Shown here: positions 1 to 12,660 of the stretch, one piece after another
Numbering within the stretch: the stretch's first letter is position 1
Layout: the number at the start of each line of letters is the position of its first letter
Translations under genes and position numbers: made by a program
Assembly: GCA_965655095.1 (NCBI GenBank)
Contig: OZ296657.1
Location: 78,740,001-78,804,000, forward strand
Length of the DNA stretch: 64,000 nucleotides
Direction of reading: 5' to 3'
Origin: Haplodiscus bocki
Lineage: Eukaryota
The notes under the pieces: model-generated
Database searches by the model: none
What the model was told of the DNA's origin: nothing
Seen by the model: only the letters and a program-made list of their open reading frames with translations

Positions 1-3000
1 TCTTGGGATTATGATATTTCGTTCACGGAAACGTTACCAATTCTTTTAAGAGTTCAAATTCCTTTCAGAAATTTAGGTCGACAGAAACCTTGATGAGAGA
101 AGTACAATCAGTAATCAAGTTTTTTTGAGAGAGACCGAAGATAATTCCATTAATACCTTTCTACAAAGAAAAAGCTGTGAAAGAGAACCTTGATAGGTTA
201 AATCATTCGATTAATTTTGCCAAAGTTGATTTTACACATCGACAAAAAAAGCAGTTGCACTGTTTCGTATTCTCGTAATATTAGGAACATTTAACGGAAT
301 ATTCCATGAAAAAGGTTTTAGAATTGGCGTTATTTCAAAAAAAATATATACAAAAGTTTCTATAAAATTTTCTGATTGTCGAAAACATTTTCAGAAACTA
401 GTTTTTAGTTATTTAAAGAGTGAAGAGATTCCGAGCAGATATAAACCGATTTATAAAAAAAACTTACATGACTTTTGGGGAATAAATTTTGGTAGAATAA
501 ATTTTGAGAAGTGTAAGAAAGTTTTCCAAGAAATGGAAAAGTAATTGCAGATGGATTCAAACTCTCCGTCTGTTGGCTTATAACCTCGATGATGCTTCAT
601 AAATTTCAGCCTTCATAGGCAAGTCTGTTGCCTGTTGCTCGTGAGCACGGCGAAAAAGGAGAACAATTAAGAATCTCAAAAATAACACTTAGAAAATTTC
701 TGTACCACCAATATTATTGTTTGATTTTACAAAATGGAAAGTACTGAAAGGTGTTAATTTAAGTTTCATGTCTTGATAGATGATATTTTGTCAAATCAGT
801 TAGGTTCTTGTAATTGTTCCTTGATTTAATAAAAGCAAAGACATGCGGATTTAGATGTTTTTTGGAGAAGTATGTATTCGACCTTACTGTTATGCATAAG
901 GTCGATTATGATCTGCTTCAATATTTTTTCACTTAAACATTTCAATACCTTTCAGTTCAATAAAGGAAACAATGATTTAATGACTTCTATTTTCTTTAAG
1001 TAAGAAGAACTTGAGAAGTGAAAATTATCTACATAGAACAGATCATAACTTTTTCCAGTTATTCAAATTTTGATCAAATTTTAGTTTCGGACATTGGGGT
1101 TGCATGTTGACCTTTCAAATCCAACAAATTTTCATGAAAGACCTGGGAGTGCTAGTAAAAAAATGTGAATTGGAATCCCCATATCAAGGCATCATTGATG
1201 AAAGTAAAGAACGTTTTCTATCTACCGAAAAGAAGAGTTTCACCGCAACAAACACCTTCCTGTAAGTTGTGGCTCCAGTCATTGTCAATGCTAACATACT
1301 ATTTCTATTGTGTCGCAATCCGAACGTTAGACACAATCAACCTGAAAAGCTTGCAAAGAGACAGTTGTACGGTGGATCTCTTCTGGTCCATAAACTGACA
1401 ACTATCTACATCAGTTGCGAGTTCTCAATCTCCTGCAGTTCCCAGTGTTTATTCTTGTAGCTGTGGAATTGATGAATAACCAGGAGTCAAACATAAATCT
1501 ACCGACAACAAATGAAAATAGAAAAAACAAGGAATTCTTCCAGTTGACTAAAACAAGAACAGAAGAGGCCCAGGTGACTTCATCTTCCAAACATTTGGAG
1601 CCATGAACAAGCTAAATTAATATTCAGGTTTCAATAACCCGATCGAACTGGAAAAGAGAATATTAGAGGCAATCTGTTGCCAATTGTTTCTCGGAAACGA
1701 ACATGTGCACGCGGCAAACTATGTTTGATTTCAGCAGCTGCCGAAATACCGTAGAAAAAGTTCTAGAGAATTCAACCTGGAGATTTCCCACAGCCAATGC
1801 TGGAAATTCTAAACAAAATAATAACAACAACAAAAGATCAGATTTTACAACCTGGTAGTTTCGGCAGACAACCATTTTCCGCAAGATCACCAAAAGCCGG
1901 AGTTTTTACAAGAAGCCGGAAAAAACTCAAACTGAACTGAAAATGTAACAACTTTAGCGGCCGATTTGTTTCAAGAAATTGGTTTACAAATTTGCTCAAT
2001 TGAGATGAAAACTTCGAAAAATGGACAACTGGTTTTATGAAAAAAATTCGAAAAGAAGTTAAACATGGTTGAAGAGGCAGGAAGCAACAATTGTTTTTGC
2101 GTTTGCTAAGAGACAGAGATTTCTACAAACCATTACAATATTGAGCCCGTGTAATTGGCGAAGCTGGTAAATGTTTATGTTGTGAGTTTCTGAAAAAAAT
2201 CAACCAAAAAGCAGAGATGACCACAGACAATTTCTTGAAGCATGAAATATTCACTATCTCTTTTTTTCTTCAATTTCTCAACGTTTGAAGTTTTTAGTAA
2301 TAGTGTAAGTGAGGCAGAACACTCCCTAAACTCATTTTTGGGACTCATTATGTCTTTGTGTGCTGGAAATTTTCGACAGGCGCCCCTAAACATTGTAGGG
2401 CAGCAGGTTGACAAGTTCGGGACTACGGAATATCTTTCAAAGCCTTGACATCCTGCAATTTTGATGCCCCAAATTCTGTGTTGGGCTCCGGGAAAAGAGA
2501 TAAGATTACTTTGTGAATTAATGAGATGACACAACTCTTAGGCTTAGCCTACACGCTCCTCAAACCTACAGTTGTCGCGTGAAGTCTAGGACTGTCTGAG
2601 CCCGAAGGTCGTTGATTTCTACTCAGTAGCTAAAATGAAATACCAAGAGACATTTCTTTAATTGTAGCCATATTATTTAAATAAAATTAAAGTCGATTTA
2701 AGTCTCTGATCTGTTCTCGCTTTTTTGGGGCTTCTCTACTGGGGTCTCAGGCTGTGGCCCCGGGCTTGTCCCTTCCCGCCTTTAGAATTCTGGGTTTTTC
2801 GTTCCATACTCAGCATGTTGAAAAAGCATCTAAGTTGAAACTTAGAGTTTTTGAAAAAAAATTGTGCGATCTCAATTCGTTATTGTTGAAAAGTTAGTTT
2901 TCACTATATTGAGTAACTTCGTGAACAAATTTATCATGATCAATTTCCTCTTCCCTAGTTTGACTCCGTTTGAGATTATTGAGAGAACACTGGTTGTCGT

Positions 3001-6000
3001 AAAAGATATTGTATGGGGAGATGCGAGGGGAGGCAAAAACTTCACGGGAAGTATTCAGAGCCAGAAATATATCGTGGTGATAAATTGCTTCCAGGTGTGG
3101 TAAAATTGGCCAATGTTGTTCTTCCAATAACTGCTCTTTACAGGTGTGTGAATTAAGCTCACGAGATTTCTTTTGTATTGGAAATAATAAATTTTTGGTG
3201 GTAAGTCACCCTCACAGCAGCGAAATGGAAAAGCTCGCCCAACCGACTTGTAAAAAAGAGGCGCCTTTAAGAGTATTCAAAATGATGTCTACTCTGGGCA
3301 ACGTCAGAGAAACAAGAAAACCGAGAATGAAATTCTTGGCAATCAGAGTTGTTGGTGGATTCGGCGGAAGAATTGAAGGAAGAAAGAGGAACAAAAACAA
3401 CCTGTAATTGATTTCGCGCTCAGCGGAATTTCAGAGAGTGATGCAAGCAAAAAATCATAGTTTAGCTGCGCTTCGCCGCAGAAGCTAAACTTTCGCTCAC
3501 AGCAAAAGCTGATTGTGAAAGAATTGGGGGAAAACTGTTCGTTGACTTAGATGGAGCGCCTCAACAAATTGAATTGCTGAGCAACAAGTTTGGGCAAAGA
3601 TGTATTTGGCTGGGAGTTTATAGAAAGAACAGAGGTCTCAAGTACCCAATTGGTAGCCTTTGAAGGCCTGATACTTCCTGACCATTTGCTGTACTGGGAT
3701 TCAACCATGTCCGAACCCCACAACGGCACTGGCATATATGCAACAACATACAGATTAAAAGATTCGTTACATTAATTTATATACGAAGTCAAAAATGATG
3801 AAGAGTGCTCAATGCTTTGTGTTATGAAAAAACTGTAACAGTTGAAGAAGAGCGATCACGGGATTCTAATTAACTAAATAAAAACGATGATTTTTGAAAT
3901 TTGTCGCGGAACATTTTTGCATCTTTTAGGAGGTGAAATCGTTCTATGACCAAATATCGTTTCAAAAAATCGTCGTCATTTTCCACAAGATCTACAGTAT
4001 GTGACTATTCATTAAAATTACCAAGGGGCTAAAATCGTGTTTGCTAATCAGTATAGTTGAAATACAAGAGTTGTAGAGTTGGTTGAAGAAGTTAATCATC
4101 TACGTTGTTCAATCTTGTATTCAAGGGATTCACAGACGTACATGCCATTTTTTTCTAATTGAGAAAAAAAACGCATTCATATGTAATCAAAAACTTGGAC
4201 TAGGTAAAATTTTTATTTTCATTTTCGGTCGGTTTGATAATTTGAAATCTTTCCAAATTCCCACCTAAAGAGACACATAAAGGACACACAATATTCCCAA
4301 AACAGTTCGAATTGAAACCTTAACAGTTCGGAAAACTCATTTATTTTCTACCAAAATCGCTAAACAGTTGAACTCTTTTTTGAAAAATAATAGAAACAAA
4401 TGGAAAACCGAAAAGGAACTAATCCAGAGATAAAAAAAACATAATTTGTGTGATGGAAACCTTCGGGCACAGCCAACTTTAATTTTCCGGATTTAACAAC
4501 TCCCGATGAAAAATTCGAAGTCGCACTTCTGGTACTTTTTTCACATGCTGGGATTCCAAACGAGCAACCCAGAATCATGAAGTCGGGCAACAGCCTTCCC
4601 GCGGTCGACCACATTTGAAGATACGAAGGGAATACAAGAACAATTTGTACCAAAGAAAAACCAGAAAAAACTTTCTCCTTCTTTTGTTTGAAGAATGGGC
4701 ATTATTGAAAGAAATATTCCTTGGGAAATTCAATTTCAGCATCTGAGTAAAACCTTACCAACCATCAGTATTGAGCAAACAATCATTTTACATCGCAGTT
4801 TTAGGTTTTCAAGAGCAGTAGGCTAGCCCTACCTATTATGAGATGCTGCCTACCCAAAAAAACACTTCCCTTCATCTCAAGCAATCACGGAATGTAGGTC
4901 TAGCAGCATATTGGCAAAGCATACAACTTTAGATTTCCACAGGAGAGAACATTCCCTCAGGAAAATCGATCGAAAGTATGTTCAACAAACAATAAACTAT
5001 AATTCTCGTGTAATTGATCTGTAAAAATACGGAAAATCAGACTAAACGGATCCTCACTCAGACGGAAAAATTACGAAACAAACAAATTTTCACCAAGTAT
5101 TTCAACATGAAAGGTTCTAGTTTATATTGATTCATTTGCATAGAATACAAAACCACCTCAAGTTACTAAATCGATTAATGTGCTGTAGTTTTGATAATAG
5201 CGGGACAAAATTGAGTGATTGAGCAAAAGCATTTTCACTCTTCTATAGGAAAACTTTAGGAGTCAATATTCGTTCCACAAGCGCTCCGTCATTACTAATT
5301 TGTTGACGTCACAATCACTCCAATTGGTGATATGCGTTACTAGGTTCAGCTAAAACAGCTGAAATAAGAATAAATACTCATTCATTCCATCCCGCCGCTT
5401 AGCTTCACTATTGGACTTGCCACTTCGAGTGAGTCTGGTAAATCTCCGGAATGGACTAGTGAACGCTCGTTCAAACGGTGCACAAAACACGAAAGCTCCT
5501 AGTTCTTCCTCAACTCAGAAAAATGGTACAAGTGAGCCATTATGTTTGTACTGTCCATGAAATACTCACGAAAATTTCTATTAAAAATTTCAAATTTTTG
5601 ATGCTTGATTCTGAAATAATCATAACTTCCGTTAACAGACTTTTTTAATTATAGTTGCCATTCGTTAATTTGCAAAACGTTGACGGGACAAGAAACACAA
5701 TAATATCTATTTCGGACGGAATACACCAGTCCCTTTACTGTCGCCATTCTTTCTTGGCAACATAATTATGAAATTAACTCCCTTACTCTGTACCTTGACA
5801 TGACGTGTGAACAATTGTGCTTCCCGTCGAACAAAAGGTATTGACAGAAAAAGTCAAAGTACGAAATTCCATGGGAATTTTGCTGATATTAGTAAGCAAT
5901 CTTGTCATTTTGTTAATCTGACAATTTTTAAGCAGTTACTCCCAAATTCATTTATACAAAGCAAGTCAAAGCAGTCTTGGGCAATGTTCAATTAATTTCT

Positions 6001-9000
6001 CCGTCGCAAATGGCAACGCGAAGGAATGAGAAGAAAATAGCAGCTGTCAATGGAGTCAGCCAAGAGGAGCATCGTAGGAGCAACTTGTCACGAGACACAA
6101 ACCTTCCTACAAAAAAGAGGACTACTTCATACAAATCTCAGACGAAACGAAAAAAACTGACTAGTAAACTGTTTTATTCGGACTGTAGACGGTAGACGCT
6201 CTGCCGAAATTGGACAGTTTCTTTTTGCACTCAGAAGATCGGTTGAAATCCAGAAACGTTCCGGAGACTTCCAGAAACATGAAAGTGAGAAACAAGTGAT
6301 CAAAGGTTGCTCCCGAAATGATCTTCATCCTGGAGTGGTTACTTTGGTCAACAAGGCCCCACACTTTTTGAGCTCAGAACCTGAACAGGTACTTCTCAAA
6401 GCAACGTCAAAAATACGAGCGCTTCAGTGCAAACACAGGTCCAACTTTAGATCATTTTTTATCAAACACTATGTTTACGAAGTTTTTGAAATTTTCGCTA
6501 CATAAAAACTTTGAATGAAAACCACAGAGGGATCAAAGAGAAGCTGTGTCCTGGAAAACGGAGTATTAGGACTCCACGGATTTCAGTCCGAAAACAATGT
6601 TTCTTAGCACCGGAGAAGAGTGTGTTTTCCGGCTGTTTCTTAGGTGTTGGGATTTTTTCAAACTATTCTCCAGACTATTTTTAATTTTTTGCGTTTCATT
6701 TAGTAAATTTCACTGTATTTTGGAAGTTTTCAGGGTAATCTTTGAAAAGTTGTAGGTCAAAATTGAAGGCATAACGCATGAGTTTTGTCTGCGTAATTCC
6801 GACCCCCTTTGATATGTCCTAATGATGGTTACAGCAATGCAATGAATTCAGCCAAACTCTTGTTCCCAGTGCCAAAAATTTCCTAATGCTTCGGGAGTTT
6901 TTTGAGAGATGTTTCAAAGGCGACCAAAAAAGCAACACTCTTTTGCGTTGCATATCTCTTCAAACATTCGCAGAAACCCTTGAGAAGTCTGCGGGAATCC
7001 ATAGTGTTCCAATACAAGTGTGTCCACTCTAGTGTGCAACACCCTTAGTAGAGTTATGAGGCAACCTTTGAGTATAAGTTACCCCTCACAAATTATGGAG
7101 CAACGGTATGAGAGCTTACTGCTAATAATCAGACACAAGGAGACAAAAAAAAACGTAGATAGAGCAAAAACTGAAATAAACAACCGACGAGTGAAAAAAA
7201 AGGTGTGAAGAAAATTTTGCCGAAACCGGGTGAAGTTCCTCAAAAACTCATTACAACCCGCCTGAAAATTCAAAATTTTGAACGTCAAATGCCTTGGCAG
7301 TTTTCCCAGAAGACTCAATTTCAGATCATTGTTTCTTGAAAAAAGCTGGTTTTCTTAGTTTTTGTCCATTTTCAAAAAGTTATTCCGTTTTGGAGAAAAC
7401 TGCACCGTCGGACGGACGTTATTTTTTGTATCCAAATCCTCCAGAGCAAAGCAGCGTTTAACACTTGATCCTGGTTCAAGCATCGCTTACAGTACCACGT
7501 TAGAGCGCAAAATTTCGAAACTTTCCTGTCTAGGGCCGATTCTCGGACACATGGAAATCCTACAGCAGAACCTAGATATCGGCAAGTTTTGACTTTTACA
7601 TAAACTGGGTCAATATTGGCAAATTTGGCTGAGTTTTTGACGAAAAAAGCCAAATTTTAGTGCTGAATTTATGAAACTTGCAGACGTGACCAGCAGGTTG
7701 ATTTATTCATCTTGGCTTCTCAGCAGCCTCACTGTTGCACTTCAGCTACGTTGGGATAATTTTTCAACTTTTCCCGGCTTCCGGGAAACAATGGCAACAT
7801 TTGCGAGAACAAAAGCGGAGCTGGACATACAAGGAGTTGCACAGCAGTCTCGTTGTCTATGAGCCACAAAACAAAGCTGTCTCAGACCAGTCAGCAGTAC
7901 TTCATTATGAGCCAGTAGGGAAAGTGTGAACACTTTCATACCAAAATATCCTTACCAACAATTTTCAGCTACTGTATACGCTTCTCGATTCCTATAGTCT
8001 CGGAACGAGCGATTTTCAGTTGACATGCCACCAACAAATTGTCTGCGAGTCGTAATTGCTTCTAAATACCATCAGCCCTTTTTGGTGGACAAGAGAACAT
8101 TAGAAATCAATTCACAATGTTTGATTTTGAATTCAAAGAGTTGATTATGGAGAGAATTTCAACACAGAACACTTCCTTTTCTATTGTTTCTAGCATATAA
8201 TGCTTCGTATTCTCAATTTCTCGGAACCAGGAAAACACGCTCAGCAAACGAATCATTTTTGGAAAACTCTGAGCAAACAGAGAATGACACAGGAAACAGA
8301 TGTTTGGTTTCTCGCCAAAAAACTCAAGTCTCAATAACTTCTTGGACTTTTATCGAACGTACCTATTTCAAAAAGTGTTGTCCTTGAGGGGCCATGACGT
8401 ATATGCTGTTGACCTCAGTAGTATAAGCAATGAGAAAGTCAAGAAAAGACGTGCGCAAACTTCCGGCTACTGAAGCAGTGGACTACACTTTTTTGTTGGC
8501 TTCTCAGTAATCAATTCTGGAATTGGAAACCCTCGGAAGCTTCTTCTTTTTTTGAGTTTTAGTCAACAATCATTTTGCTAAAACCAAAATTGAGAAACGC
8601 TGACTCCTAGAACGATAGTAGAGATATCAGAATTTGTTCAAAAAAGACATGACAAAAAGGTCAAATTTCCTGATCTTTAATGTCGCTACACTAATCCAGT
8701 CTTCGAAAACGCAGACACTTTTCCTTTCGTAGGGTTAGGGGAATCAACCATAAAAATAAGATTTTTTTGAGAGGTGACGAAATTGACAAGACTTTCGTAT
8801 ATTCAGTGCCTCAAGCTCCTGAAAAAAGTTCGCAGGAATCCCATGCCGTGACATCAGAAAGATCTTCCAACCAACCAACGCTTCTTGACACCTACTTCCC
8901 TAAAAGTCGCCTTTCGACAGTTGAGGGGACAATCAAAGACAACCAGAGGTTCTGAAGATTGAGAAGTTTTTCACCAACAAAACAATAAGCTTAAGGAGCC

Positions 9001-9899
9001 ACAAGAATTGGGCCCAAGTGATCTTAATTTCTTCGAACCGCTCCACGACATTTCCTTATTAGTCCTCTTGAAGATGATATGTTGGCCAGAGATTCCATAC
9101 TTTTTTCCGTACCAGAACTTTTGAACTCATTGAAGATTTCCGAAAAAGGAAAATTGTGACCGAATCCGACAATGTATGACAAGAAGTTTACAGGAGGCCA
9201 CAATAGATTGAAGCAACTAGCCACTCACCTAGTGCCAGAGGCACCAAGCCAACGATCGAAAAACTTATATTGACAATCAAAAAAAATGCACCGACTAGTT
9301 CACCAGAGGTTTGGCATAAAATTTAACCCGGCAGCTTTCAAGGCAGCCCAGAGCGGAATTATGGAAAGATTGATCATCGTAATGAACCATTTGATTGAAG
9401 TCTCTCAAACATCAACGGAACATCCTCAAAAAAGGTGGTGGCGATCAATTTTAAGTAAGATGAAACAAAAAACTTCATTTTTGATATGGCTGATACGGAA
9501 ATTAGACAACCTGAGCAATTCTCGAAAAAATGTCGCAAAGACTTGGAGTACGTGCCAGTCCATGGTCAATACTGGCAACAATCACTGTGGTAATAGCAGC
9601 TAAACGGCCGCCGACCCTAAAACCTCCCAAACCTCCAATAGACTTTAAACAAGACAACGCTCGAGCGACATCTCAGGTCAGTTATCAAAACTGCTGTCAA
9701 CTGGAAACTTTGCAGACAACCCCGTAAATGTGGCAGTCCCCAACAACCAGACAATTACCTATTTGCGGCAACTGGAGATGATGTCTTGAAAATGGAAATA
9801 GAAACACGCTCCAACGGGGATCGTCTGTGCACTAGATAAGAGAAGTTGCGTCTTCTGGAATCGACCTGTTGGGAAAACCTTAGGGATACTGCTGAACTC

Positions 9900-11500
9900 A
9901 AACGCCCTGTGTGCCCATACCAGTTGTATCAAGCCAAACCGGTAGCTCGGACGGAATTCCCACAACCACATCAGGCAACTTTTCCCAAAGATCATAAAAT
10001 ACGATTTTTTTTGTTTATTACGTTTTTCAAATATGCCAGGTGTTTTTGCCTGAAGGAGAGCGAGCTTTTGTTTCCGTGAAAGTTTGTTTTTTGCATGCAC
10101 AGCACTTGAAACGGCGGCGTACCCCTCAATATTTGGGAAGCCGATTGAACTTGCATTTTTGACAAGTCACGGCATGGCGACATTAAAGAACAATTCTGCA
10201 AGTAGCCCAACCTGTGTGCATAATCGAACGCCTTCACTGCTTTGTACCAAACGTAGGTGGCTGAATCGACATGGGAAGGTTTTTCGCTGGAAATATTTTT
10301 CTGCAAAAACGAACACTCATATTGTTGGGTCCTCTGGATTACAATGTTTTATAGCGAGGCGGCTCCGCATAACCATAATCCTACGTTTATGCTAACAATC
10401 CCATCACATCAAAAACCTGTCACTGTACGCTGATTTATAGACATTTGAGCTAGACCGTCAGTTACGCCAATGTCCACTTGACAGGAACTGGCTTCAACCC
10501 CACCTTGCGGCATATTCCTCAGAGGGATCTTTCTAGAAGCAGCCAATGGACTGTACCTTTGTACTTTCCAATGAACCGAACGACTGTAATTCGCAGCAGT
10601 TGTTTACATAAAAAAACTGACTCTCTCGTGGCCTGATTATTTCCTCAGCGACATCAATTTGGGTTTGCATTGCTAGCGTGAGTTCAATATGCGAAAAGAC
10701 TTGAAGTCGGAGAATCTGGTCATCAGGGACCCACATCAGGACAATCTGAGGAGGTTTGCACAGGTGGCCAACAGTTCGTATCAAGGTCTTGGGAAAAAAG
10801 GATTTTGAACGATGGTAACCTAACCTAGCGCGGTTGGGAGTAAAGGCTAATGCAGATTTGTCACATTCAGATGAGCTTCTTGTCATCAACAATGAAAGTT
10901 TTTGTCAATCGTGTTTTGTTTTTAATTGGTACTGCGAATATTGTGCGGGCGGTTCAATCATTGTTTTGAATGCATGCAATTGAAATTGATCACCTTTTGA
11001 GTAATTCAGCATCCGACACTAAGTTTTTGAAAAGGTGTCTGTACTTTTCATGTCTCCACCTTGGAACAGGGGTGGAGGTTATCTAAAGGCAGCTTCGCTC
11101 AAAACTTCCCCGGGAGCAGATCTAACTTCTTGAGCCATTGGACTGGGAAAAGAAGCCAAAAATAGGCGCCGCAGTTTGGTCGCTGAGTTTTTTGATATTC
11201 TCTTGGGGCAGGAAGTGGATGCAGACAGCTGTCCTTTGATTAAACCTGGTATTGAACTATTCTCCAACGCCGCCAAATATCGTGAACATGCGAGAAGGCA
11301 GGCGCAGGAAGGCTACGAATAAGAGCGCCATTTTTTGCCGTTGAACGTGTTATGGCCTCGAAAACTTCCTTCAGGAAGTTGTCTGGTGATGCTGCGCGAA
11401 ACGCTGCAAAATGTGCTTCTGATGAGTTATCAAGCAACTCACCAGTGTCACTGTCATGGACGCCGACTCCCCCTTCCTTGCGTCTATCTCGTTTGGGCAT
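9900..11500 (-). mobile_element. Highly decayed non-LTR retrotransposon (CR1/jockey-like) relic
   Basis: Minus-strand peptide HVDSATYVWYKAVKAFDYAHRLGYL (ORF 9992-10306) resembles the RT motif VDxxYLDFxKAFDxVxH. A degenerate GVPQGS-like stretch lies near 10110-10125. Boundaries are approximate. Confidence 0.35.
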
Positions 11501-12379
11501 AGCGAAGTGTTCTTTACCATAAGACTAATTGAACCCACTGTTGAAAACCATTGAAGAAACAGGACAACAACGATAGCTTTTTATGGGTGCTGGTTTTTTC
11601 AAAGACAAGAAAAACCATTTGGGTTGTCCTGAACAACTCTTTAGGGTCGATTGACCGAAAGATTGGAACTATGGCTTTCAACTACAATGCCCACATCATC
11701 ATTGGCAGTGAAATGATTAAGGGTCATTTGTTGAGCTCCAGATTAGAAATGTCTTCGCTAGTAGAGGAGTTGTGGCGATCAAATGAAAGTCAGGAGAGTG
11801 TCACTCCAAAAAAAAACAGGAGACAAAAACTGGGTACAACTGTCACCGCGGAACGCAAGACGACTGACAAGTACGATGTTTCAAATCTCCAAGATCAAAC
11901 ACTTGCGAGAACAAGAAGAAGTTTGGCAGTTCCGTTGGCTTTTACCAAATACTGTTGCAATTTCATCCTTGTTTAGGCTACAAAAGTTCATTCCCCTATG
12001 ACATTAATCGGGAAGCAAAAGTTTCTTAAATTGTCCGCGGACGCTCAGTGTGCTTCTGGACTTATCAGTGGACGCTTGTCAAACGAAGTCGCCTTAGCTC
12101 TACCATTTTTTGTCCGGCAGTAGAAACTTCACCTCGTATTGGCTCCCAAGGAAACCAATTTGAGAAGTGACAACTAACGTTGACCTGGATTGAAAACAAA
12201 ACTACTTGCTGGAGATTTGACCTTGAAGTGCTTCAAACTGTTAGAGCAGTAAGACAGTATAATTTTGATTGGTAGCTCAACTCGGTGGCTGCAAGACTTT
12301 CCTTTCCGAATGCAGTCAGACGCCGTGGGGACAAAGTATTTAGATTTTAGCAACTAATTTGAGGGCAAGCAAAGCAGAT

Positions 12380-12660
12380 CGGTCAAAAAATACAAGACAC
12401 GGTTAGTTGGTAAAGTGTTTTCCCTAAAAGAATGAGTTGCTTACAATGAGATATAATCGTTAACTGTATGGTTATCAATGGTCACTGTACGTCAAATCTT
12501 AGACGAACGTGCGAAATTCATGAAAAACAAATGGACCTCCAAAATGCTTTTTTGAACAAAAACTTTTAAATGGAACAAGCCGAGGGAGGAAATAGGATAG
12601 TTGTAGAGCAAGTTAATGCAAAATTTTCACATCCTGAAGCTGCCTAGTCCTTTTTGGTAC
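12380..12660 (+). mobile_element. Ty1/Copia reverse transcriptase relic
   Basis: Collinear degenerate RVT_2 motifs: KKYKTRLVGKVFSLKE*VAYNEIY (like [22 protein letters not shown]), QMDLQNAFLN (like QMDVKTAFLN), MEQAEG (like MEQPEG), LKLPSPFWY (like LKQAPRAWY). Confidence 0.6.

Noticed and set aside
551-602. Possible terminal exon ag|A-WIQTLRLLAYNLDDAS* (PH-domain-like end)
   Set aside because: Too short to support, and any upstream exons would lie outside the window.
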